Origin: an uncultured Acidobacteriaceae bacterium | GTDB taxonomy: Bacteria; Acidobacteriota; Terriglobia; Bryobacterales; Bryobacteraceae | Direction of reading: 5' to 3' | DNA: 64,000 nucleotides | NCBI GenBank assembly: GCA_963705805.1 | Contig: CAVPKW010000006.1 | Span: forward strand, 629,518-693,517 | In this document: positions 38,116 through 45,453 of the stretch, piece by piece | How the letters are laid out: each line of letters begins with the position of its first letter | How positions within the stretch are numbered: the first letter of the stretch is position 1 | The notes under the pieces: model-generated | What the model was told of the DNA's origin: nothing | What the model saw: only the letters and a program-made list of their open reading frames with translations | Databases searched by the model: none | Translations under genes and position numbers: made by a program

Positions 38116-39183
38116 ATGCCGGCAGAAGTCGTTCCGTACGGCCGCTCAACTCAAAAAGCTCCCGCCACAAAAGAAGTCCACGTCCTGTGGATTACGGCGG
38201 GTTTAGGTTGCGATGGTGACTCAGTTTCTATCACTGCTGCCACCCAGCCCAGCGTAGAGGATGTTCTCCTCGGCGCGATTCCAGGGCTCCCCAAAGTTCA
38301 TCTACACAATCCCGTGCTTGCTTATGAAGTCGGCGACGACTTTATGAAGTATTGGTATTTGGCGGACGAAGGAAAGCTGGAACCTTTCGTCCTGGTTGTG
38401 GAAGGCTCCATTCCCAACGAAAAAATTAAGAGCGAGGGATATTGGGCGGCACTTGGCACCAATCCTGATACGGGTCAGCCCATCACCACTTGCGAATGGA
38501 TTGATCGCCTGGCGCCAAAGGCCACCGCGGTAGTCGGAGCCGGCACGTGCGCAACGTATGGCGGGATTCACGCCATGCAGGGCAATCCCACTGGCTGCAT
38601 GGGGCTGGCGGACTATCTCGGCTGGAACTGGAAGTCGAAAGCGGGGCTGCCAATCGTCAATGTCCCAGGCTGTCCGGTGCAGCCGGACAATTTCATGGAG
38701 ACCCTGCTGTACCTGCTCTATCAACTGGCCGGTCTGGCTCCCATGATTCCCCTGGATGATCAGCTGCGTCCGAAATGGCTCTTCGGAGCCACCGTGCACG
38801 ATGGCTGCGACCGTGCGGCTTATTACGAGCAAGGCGATTTCGCAGAAGACTATAACTCCCCGAAATGCCTCGTCAAAGTCGGCTGCTGGGGACCGGTTGT
38901 AAACTGTAACGTCCCGAAGCGCGGCTGGATGGCGGGAATTGGCGGCTGCCCGAATGTCGGCGGCATCTGCATCGGTTGCACCATGCCCGGGTTTCCGGAT
39001 AAATTCATGCCCTTCATGGACGAGCCTCCCGGCGCAAGGATATCCTCTATGGTGATCGGCCTGTACGGCGGCGCGATCCGCTCACTCCGCAGCATTACGA
39101 ATTCCACAGTCAATAAAGAACCAAAATGGCGCCACACCGGCAGAGCGCTCACCACCGGGTATACGCCGCATACTTACCGGTAA
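38116..39183 (+). CDS. hhyS: [NiFe]-hydrogenase small subunit, group 1h/5 type (no Tat signal)
   Basis: LWITAGLGCDGDS, GTCATYGG, GCPVQPDN and GCIGCTMPGFPD Fe-S ligand blocks. GGAGGA lies 9 nt upstream of the ATG at 38116. No RRxF twin-arginine motif. Confidence 0.9.
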   Translation: MPAEVVPYGRSTQKAPATKEVHVLWITAGLGCDGDSVSITAATQPSVEDVLLGAIPGLPKVHLHNPVLAYEVGDDFMKYWYLADEGKLEPFVLVVEGSIPNEKIKSEGYWAALGTNPDTGQPITTCEWIDRLAPKATAVVGAGTCATYGGIHAMQGNPTGCMGLADYLGWNWKSKAGLPIVNVPGCPVQPDNFMETLLYLLYQLAGLAPMIPLDDQLRPKWLFGATVHDGCDRAAYYEQGDFAEDYNSPKCLVKVGCWGPVVNCNVPKRGWMAGIGGCPNVGGICIGCTMPGFPDKFMPFMDEPPGARISSMVIGLYGGAIRSLRSITNSTVNKEPKWRHTGRALTTGYTPHTYR

Positions 39184-39206
39184 ACGAGGCGAAAAGGAGT
39201 TAAAAA

Positions 39207-41021
39207 ATGGCCACCACAACAGAGCCCGCGGCAGCTATTGACCGCTCGCAGCGAAGACTGGTCGAGATGAACTGGGATCCCATTACGCGGATCGTCGGCA
39301 GTCTCGGCATATACACGAAGATAGATTTCGCCAATAAAGAAGTAGCCGAATGCCACAGCACTTCCTCCATTTTCCGCGGCTACAGCATTTTCATGAAGGG
39401 CAAAGATCCGCGCGACGCCCATTTCATCACCAGCCGGATTTGCGGCATCTGCGGCGATAATCATGCGACCTGCGCCTGCTATGCGCAGAATATGGCGTTC
39501 GGCATCCGTCCGCCGAGCATGGGCGAATGGATTGTCAACCTCGGCGAAGCCGCCGAATACATGTTCGACCACAACCTGTATCAGGACAATCTCGTCGGCG
39601 TCGATTTCTGCGAACAGATGGTCAAGGAAACCAATCCCGGCGTCCTGGCGAAGGCGGAGAAGGCTGAAGCGCCGCACGGAAATCTGCACGGATTTCGAAC
39701 CATCGCCGATATCATGCGCGCCCTCAATCCGTTTACCGGATCGTTCTACCGCGAAACGCTGCAGATGAGCCGCATGACGCGCGAGATGTTCTGTCTGATG
39801 GAAGGCCGGCACGTGCATCCTTCGACTCTCTATCCGGGCGGTGTTGGGACGGTTCCGACGGTTCAGCTTTTCACCGATTACATGGTCCGGCTGATGAAGT
39901 ACGTCGAGTTTATGAAGAAGGTTGTGCCGCTGCACGACGATCTCTTCGATTTCTTCTATGAGGCCCTTCCCGGTTACGAAAAGGTGGGCCAGCGGCGAAT
40001 TCTGCTGGGCTGCTGGGGCTCGTTCAATAACCCTGATGTTTGCGACTATACCTACCAGCACATGGATAAGTGGGGCAAGGCGATGTATGTCACGCCCGGG
40101 GTGGTGGTCGATGGTCAGTTAGTGACCAACAACCTGGTTGACATTAATCTGGGTATTCGCATTCTCCTCGGCAGTTCCTATTACGACGGCTGGGACAATG
40201 ACGAAACGTTCGTTCCGCGAGATCCGCTCAGGAATCCGGTCGATAAGCGGCATCCCTGGAATCAAACCACTACGCCGCGGCCGCAGAAACGCGACTTCCA
40301 GGGAAATTACTCGTGGGTGATGTCGCCACGCTGGTATGACAAGCGCACGGGCGATTATCTCGCGCTGGATACAGGCGGCGGCCCCATCGCCAGATTCTGG
40401 GCGACTGCGCTAGCCGGCATTGTCGATATTGGCTACATCAAGGCTACCGGTCACAGCGTCAAGATCTATTTGCCCAAGACAGCGGGTCTTCCGGAGACGG
40501 AATTTGAATGGAAAATTCCCAAATGGAGCAACGCTATCGAGCGCGATCGCGCCCGCACCTACTTCCAGGCTTACGCCGCTGCCTGCGCTCTCCACTTCGT
40601 CGAGAGAGCGATGAAAGATCTGCATAACGGCCGCACCAAGACCTGGACTGATTTCGAGGTTCCCGATGAAGCAGTCGCCTGCGGCTTCCATGAAGCGGTG
40701 CGTGGAGTCCTTTCGCATCACGTGGTAATTCGCGAGGGCAAGATTGCCAATTATCATCCCTATCCGCCCACGCCTTGGAACGCCAATCCGCGCGATGTTT
40801 ACGGCACGCCCGGGCCCTATGAAGATGCCGTCCAGAACACGCCTATCTTTGAGGAAAACGGGCCTGACAACTTTAAAGGCATCGATATCATGCGCGCCGT
40901 GCGCAGTTTCGATCCCTGCCTGCCCTGCGGCGTCCACATGTATCTTGGTAATGGCAAGATGCTCGATGTCCGCCATTCGCCAATGTTCGGCGTGCAGGGG
41001 CACGGTGACCAGGCGCCTTAG
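39207..41021 (+). CDS. hhyL: [NiFe]-hydrogenase large subunit, group 1h/5 type
   Basis: L1 motif TSRICGICGDNH and L2 motif SFDPCLPCGVH are the signatures I recall for group 5/1h enzymes. 604 aa, with a C-terminal extension after the cleavage-site His. Confidence 0.9.
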   Translation: MATTTEPAAAIDRSQRRLVEMNWDPITRIVGSLGIYTKIDFANKEVAECHSTSSIFRGYSIFMKGKDPRDAHFITSRICGICGDNHATCACYAQNMAFGIRPPSMGEWIVNLGEAAEYMFDHNLYQDNLVGVDFCEQMVKETNPGVLAKAEKAEAPHGNLHGFRTIADIMRALNPFTGSFYRETLQMSRMTREMFCLMEGRHVHPSTLYPGGVGTVPTVQLFTDYMVRLMKYVEFMKKVVPLHDDLFDFFYEALPGYEKVGQRRILLGCWGSFNNPDVCDYTYQHMDKWGKAMYVTPGVVVDGQLVTNNLVDINLGIRILLGSSYYDGWDNDETFVPRDPLRNPVDKRHPWNQTTTPRPQKRDFQGNYSWVMSPRWYDKRTGDYLALDTGGGPIARFWATALAGIVDIGYIKATGHSVKIYLPKTAGLPETEFEWKIPKWSNAIERDRARTYFQAYAAACALHFVERAMKDLHNGRTKTWTDFEVPDEAVACGFHEAVRGVLSHHVVIREGKIANYHPYPPTPWNANPRDVYGTPGPYEDAVQNTPIFEENGPDNFKGIDIMRAVRSFDPCLPCGVHMYLGNGKMLDVRHSPMFGVQGHGDQAP

Positions 41022-41027
41022 AGCCGC

Positions 41028-41552
41028 ATGACAAAACTGCCCGAGGATCAGGTCCGGCGAATCGAAGAGCTCGTTAGACGGGTAGATCAGATTCCTGACC
41101 CGGACGCCCGCGCAACCGCCGGCGAGTTGATGGAGTCTATTCTTGCGCTGCATGGCGCCGGGATGGAACGCATGATGGAGCTGGTCGCAGAATCGGGTCA
41201 GGCTGGAGATGCGGCCATTCGCCGGTTCGCGAACGACTCGCTGGTTGCCAGCCTGCTGGTGCTGCACGGGCTTCATCCCGATGACATGGAGACAAGGGTC
41301 CGGCAGGTTTTATCGAAACAGTCTTTGCATGCGGAACTCGCCGGTATTTTTGACGGCGTGGTGCGGGTTCGAGTCGCCCCCGGGGGCTGTCATTCCAACG
41401 GCAATGGTGCGGAGTCGCTCCAGACCGTGCTCCGCGATGCTGTTCCCGATGCGGCGGAAATCATCGTCGAGGAGGGGCTCCAGCAGAACGGTTTCGTGCC
41501 GCTCGCCGCTCTCAATTCCCTCTCTGCGGGAACTATCCTAGCGAAAGGTTGA
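41028..41552 (+). CDS. hydrogenase-associated protein with NifU-C-terminal-like region (degenerate Cys motif)
   Basis: 174 aa, 6 nt after hhyL. LHGLHPDDMETRVRQVL...FDGVVRVRVAPGGCHSNGNGAESLQTVLRDAV resembles the NifU C-terminal domain, but with a single Cys plus His in place of CxxC. Confidence 0.6.
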   Translation: MTKLPEDQVRRIEELVRRVDQIPDPDARATAGELMESILALHGAGMERMMELVAESGQAGDAAIRRFANDSLVASLLVLHGLHPDDMETRVRQVLSKQSLHAELAGIFDGVVRVRVAPGGCHSNGNGAESLQTVLRDAVPDAAEIIVEEGLQQNGFVPLAALNSLSAGTILAKG

Positions 41553-41553
41553 A

Positions 41554-42153
41554 ATGGCGCAAGCTCCCGTCGCGGCACTGCGCAGGTTCGTCCGCCCGCG
41601 CGAGCCGGAGGAGAAATGTGACGCTTGCGGCGCGGTCGTCCCGGCCGAGCACATCCACCAGTTCGACCCGGCTACCCGGCGCATACGTTGCGCATGCGAT
41701 TCCTGTGCCATCCTCTACAGCGCCGTCTACCGCGAAATCCCCCGCGTAGTTAGTCCCCTGCCAACCTTTCGGATTTCGGATGCGCAGTGGGACGATCTCA
41801 TGATTCCCATATCGCTCGCCTTCTTCTCGTTTCAAACTCCGGCGAACCGCGTTGTGGCTCTTTATCCCGGGCCCGCGGGGGCGACGGAATCGTCGCTTCG
41901 TCTGGACGCCTGGGAAGAAATCGCGGCGGCTAACCCGGAGCTGGAGCGGATGCAGCCCGACGTGGAAGCTCTGCTGGTGAACCGCGTGGGCGCGAAGCGC
42001 GAGTACTTCCTGGTTCCCATAGATGAGTGCTATAAGCTGGTGGGCATTATTCGCTTGCGCTGGCGAGGGCTCTCCGGGGGCGCATTGGTGTGGGGCGAAA
42101 TCGAGCGCTTCTTCGATGGCCTGCGCAGGCGGGGGAACGTATGCCCAACCTGA
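41554..42153 (+). CDS. hydrogenase-associated Cys-rich protein (DUF5947-like, from memory)
   Basis: 199 aa, 1 nt after the previous stop. N-terminal CDACG...H.H...RCACDSC cluster. Confidence 0.6.
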   Translation: MAQAPVAALRRFVRPREPEEKCDACGAVVPAEHIHQFDPATRRIRCACDSCAILYSAVYREIPRVVSPLPTFRISDAQWDDLMIPISLAFFSFQTPANRVVALYPGPAGATESSLRLDAWEEIAAANPELERMQPDVEALLVNRVGAKREYFLVPIDECYKLVGIIRLRWRGLSGGALVWGEIERFFDGLRRRGNVCPT

Positions 42154-42791
42154 CGTTCGCCATTGAGAAAGCCGAAGCGCTGCCGTTCGCGGCCACGCCA
42201 ACCATCGCGTTCCAGTTGGACGTGACGAATGCGCCCGCGGCGGAAACGATTCAGAGCGTCGCTCTACGCTGCCAGATCCTGATTGAAGCCGCGAGGCGCC
42301 GCTATAATCCCGTGGAGCGCGATTCGCTTCGCGATTTATTTGGCGAGACCGAACGCTGGAGCCAGACGCTTCGCTCACTGCTGTGGTGTCAGACCGGAAT
42401 CACCGTACCGGAATTCAGCGGCGGCATCGTCGTGCAATTGCCCGTGCCTTGCACATTTGACTTCAACGTGGCCGCAGCCAAATATTTTCATGCGGCTGCG
42501 GGCGATGACGATGTCCCGCTCTGCTTCCAGTTCAGCGGGACGGTTTTCTATCCTGCCGCGGACGGCACGCTGCAGATTGCTCAGATCGGCTGGGACAAAG
42601 AAGCCAGGTTTCGATTGCCTGCGCGGGTGTGGCGCGAGATGATGGACCACTATTACCCGAACAGCGCCTGGCTGCGTTTGCGCCGCGATGTTTTTGACCG
42701 GTTGTATGAGTACAAGCGAAGGCAGGGGCTCGCCACTTGGGAACAGGCGATCGAAAATCTTCTGCCGCTCGAAAAAGAGGCTGTCTCGTGA
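42141..42791 (+). CDS. hydrogenase-associated protein (DUF6084-like, from memory)
   Basis: The ATG at 42141 (MPNLTFAIEKAEALPFA...) overlaps the upstream gene by 13 nt. 216 aa. Confidence 0.6.
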   Translation: MPNLTFAIEKAEALPFAATPTIAFQLDVTNAPAAETIQSVALRCQILIEAARRRYNPVERDSLRDLFGETERWSQTLRSLLWCQTGITVPEFSGGIVVQLPVPCTFDFNVAAAKYFHAAAGDDDVPLCFQFSGTVFYPAADGTLQIAQIGWDKEARFRLPARVWREMMDHYYPNSAWLRLRRDVFDRLYEYKRRQGLATWEQAIENLLPLEKEAVS

Positions 42792-43822
42792 ATTTCCAGC
42801 CGCTGGAGAAAATCGCGAACGCTGTTCTCTATGAGGGTTTTCTGCTGTACCCATATCGCCGGTCCGCCGAGAAGAACCGGAAACGCTGGCACTTCGGAAC
42901 GCTTGGTCCACGCGGCGGTACCGATCCAACCGAGATGCAGACGGAATGCCTGGTTGAGTCGTCATGTGACGCTGTGATCGATTTGAAGATCCGATTTTTG
43001 CAGGATGAGGCTGAACGGGAGCTGACCCTTTCGAACCTTCCGCTTGGAGCGCCGCGACGGCGAAACTCGTTCTCGTTCCCGCCCATCGAAGGCTGTGTCG
43101 AAATCCAATCGACTCCGGTGGCCGAACGGATCTTTCGTTTTACCGTTCGCATCCTGAACCTGGGAGAAACGGCGGACGCGGGTTCATACATGCTTTCCAC
43201 CCACACCCTGCTGGCGGTTCAGAGCGGCGCGTTTGTCTCGCTGCTTGACCCTCCGGAGCAATATCGCGCCGCCGCTGCCGCTTGCCACAACCGGGGTACC
43301 TGGCCGGTCCTAGCCGGCGCCGAAGGCGACCGCCATTTGATGCTCTCATCGCCTATCATCCTTTACGACTACCCGCAGATCGCGCCTGAAAGCCAGGGCG
43401 ACTTCTTCGATGGCACGGAAATCGACGAGATGCTGACACTTCGGGTACTTACGCTCAGCGACGAGGAGAAGCGTGAGGTGCGCGAAGGCAGCGAGCGTGG
43501 ACGTCACATCCTGGAACGAACGGAGACTCTGCCGCCCGAACAGGCCGCGAAACTGCACGGCGCCATCCGCGGTCTGCGAAATGCCAATAAACTTGCGTAT
43601 CGTGAAGGCGACCGGGTCCGCTTGCGGCCGAAAAAAAAGACCGACATCTTTGATATTGCCTTAGATGGAAAAATCGCGATTGTGGAATCGGTCGAATGCG
43701 ATTTTGAAGATCGTATTCACCTCGCCGTCACCGTGGAGGACGATCCCGGACGCGATCTCGGAGTGGCGCGCCAGATCGGCCATCGCTTTTTCTTTTCGCC
43801 CGACGATGTGGAGTTGGTGTGA
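42788..43822 (+). CDS. hydrogenase-associated conserved hypothetical protein
   Basis: The GTG at 42788 overlaps the upstream stop (GTGA). 344 aa. No family recognised. Confidence 0.55.
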   Translation: MNFQPLEKIANAVLYEGFLLYPYRRSAEKNRKRWHFGTLGPRGGTDPTEMQTECLVESSCDAVIDLKIRFLQDEAERELTLSNLPLGAPRRRNSFSFPPIEGCVEIQSTPVAERIFRFTVRILNLGETADAGSYMLSTHTLLAVQSGAFVSLLDPPEQYRAAAAACHNRGTWPVLAGAEGDRHLMLSSPIILYDYPQIAPESQGDFFDGTEIDEMLTLRVLTLSDEEKREVREGSERGRHILERTETLPPEQAAKLHGAIRGLRNANKLAYREGDRVRLRPKKKTDIFDIALDGKIAIVESVECDFEDRIHLAVTVEDDPGRDLGVARQIGHRFFFSPDDVELV

Positions 43823-44301
43823 ATATCCTGATCGCCGGCATCGGCAACATATTCGAGGGCGATGATGCCTTCGGCTGTGAGGTGGCGCGGGCGCTGAGAA
43901 GGCGTGCGCTTCCCGACAACGTGCGCGTGATCGATTTCGGCATCCGGGGTCTGGACTTGGCTTACGCGCTGCTCGACAAACCGGACCTCACCATTCTGCT
44001 GGATGCCACGCAGCATGGCGGTGCGCCGGGCAACATTTATACAATGGAGCCGAAGCTGGAGAGCCTTTCTGTCAACGGAGAGGCCCCGCTGGACGCCCAT
44101 TCGATGGATCCGGTCCGCCTGCTGCGCACGGTGCAGGCGCTGGGCGGGGAACTGGGACGCATTTTGCTGGTAGGCTGTGAGCCTGCCGATCTCGGCGGCG
44201 AAGAAGGACGAATGGGGCTGACGCCCGCGGTTGCCGATGCTGTGGAACCGGCGGCGGAAATTGTTGTTGCATTGATACAGAAAGAATTGGTGGAGGTCTG
44301 A
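43819..44301 (+). CDS. hydrogenase maturation endopeptidase (HyaD/HybD/HupD family)
   Basis: ILIAGIGNIFEGDDAFGCEVARAL, DFGIRGLDLAY and ILLDA blocks. Its start overlaps the upstream stop. Confidence 0.85.
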   Translation: MNILIAGIGNIFEGDDAFGCEVARALRRRALPDNVRVIDFGIRGLDLAYALLDKPDLTILLDATQHGGAPGNIYTMEPKLESLSVNGEAPLDAHSMDPVRLLRTVQALGGELGRILLVGCEPADLGGEEGRMGLTPAVADAVEPAAEIVVALIQKELVEV

Positions 44302-44302
44302 C

Positions 44303-44407
44303 ATGTTAAAGAACCTGGCTGGCGGATTGATATTGGCGCTCGCCGTGACGGTGGTTATCGTTTCGATTCCCGATATCAAACGGTACATTCGCATCAGCAC
44401 TATGTAA
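44303..44407 (+). CDS. 34-aa single-TM micro-protein (MLKNLAGGLILALAVTVVIVSIPDIKRYIRISTM)
   Basis: Not in the ORF track because it is under 60 aa. The ATG lies 1 nt after the protease stop, with GGAGG 5-6 nt upstream. Its stop abuts the hypA start region (ATGTAAGTG). Confidence 0.6.
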   Translation: MLKNLAGGLILALAVTVVIVSIPDIKRYIRISTM

Positions 44408-44416
44408 GTGGGCCGC

Positions 44417-44764
44417 GTGCATGAGCTTTCGGTCGCACTGAGTATTATCGAAGGCGCTGAGGAAGAGGTCTTGCGGCAAGGCGGCGGCCGTGTTTGTGCC
44501 GTACACGTTAAGATCGGGCCGCTCTCGGGCATCGTAAAAGAGGCGCTTCTTTTTTCTTACGGCTTGGCCTGTGAAGGAACGCTGCTCGAGGGGTCGTCTC
44601 TGCAGGTCCAGGAGGTTCCGCTGCGGATTTACTGCCCCGGCTGCCGCGAAGAAAGGGTTCCCATCTCGTTGCAAAGGCTGGAGTGCTCGCAATGCGGCGC
44701 GGCAGCTTCCCGAGTCACGGCAGGCGATGAACTGGAAGTGACCGCGCTGGAGTTGCAGGCGTGA
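44417..44764 (+). CDS. hypA: hydrogenase nickel insertion protein HypA
   Basis: (M)HELSVALSIIE... N-terminus (GTG at 44417; the ORF opens at 44408). Zinc motif CPGC...CSQCG. Confidence 0.9.
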   Translation: MHELSVALSIIEGAEEEVLRQGGGRVCAVHVKIGPLSGIVKEALLFSYGLACEGTLLEGSSLQVQEVPLRIYCPGCREERVPISLQRLECSQCGAAASRVTAGDELEVTALELQA

Positions 44765-45426
44765 GTTCAACGCGCCTCGTCGAAGTCCGCCGCAAGGTTC
44801 TCAACAAGAACGATCTCGCTGCGGGCGTTCTGCGGGATCGCTTCGCGCAGGCTGGCGTTTGCGTCATCAGTCTGGTATCGAGCCCCGGTTCGGGCAAGAC
44901 AGCTTTTCTGGAGCGCCTGCTCAGCTCTCTACGTGGCTTGCATCGAGTGGCCGCGCTCGTGGGCGACCTCGCCACTGAGAATGATGCTTTACGCCTGGCG
45001 CGGAGCGGGGCTCCCGTGAAGCAGATCTCCACCGGCACCATCTGCCACCTGGATGCCGCCATGGTCAGCACCGCCCTGGAGGATTGGAAGCTCGACGAAC
45101 TCGATTTCCTCTTCATCGAGAACGTCGGAAATCTGGTTTGCCCGTCCAGCTATGATCTGGGCGAGCGCGCGCGAATGGTGCTGCTTTCGGTCACAGAAGG
45201 CGAGGATAAACCGTTAAAATATCCAACTATCTTTCACACGGCCGATATTGCAGTTATCACCAAGATGGACTTGGCGGAGGCTGTCGAATTTCCGACCGAG
45301 CTGGCGCACCGAAACATCCAGTCCGTCCGGCCCGGCATGCAGGTTTTCGAGGTTTCCTCCAAGACCGGAAAGGGAATCGACGGTGTTCTCGTCTGGCTGA
45401 TGCGTCAGCTAGCGGATGTCGGGTAA
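44761..45426 (+). CDS. hypB: hydrogenase nickel incorporation GTPase HypB
   Basis: SSPGSGKT P-loop, CHLDA, ENVGNLVCP and ITKMDL motifs. GTGA overlap with hypA. Confidence 0.9.
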   Translation: MSSTRLVEVRRKVLNKNDLAAGVLRDRFAQAGVCVISLVSSPGSGKTAFLERLLSSLRGLHRVAALVGDLATENDALRLARSGAPVKQISTGTICHLDAAMVSTALEDWKLDELDFLFIENVGNLVCPSSYDLGERARMVLLSVTEGEDKPLKYPTIFHTADIAVITKMDLAEAVEFPTELAHRNIQSVRPGMQVFEVSSKTGKGIDGVLVWLMRQLADVG

Positions 45427-45453
45427 TGACGCTAGCACGTACCGGAGGTCCGG

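Noticed and set aside
38110-38220. Missing twin-arginine signal on the hydrogenase small subunit as a sign of 5' truncation
   Set aside because: A good SD/ATG is present, the first Fe-S ligand block follows at the normal distance, and absence of a Tat signal is the expected feature of group 1h/5 enzymes.
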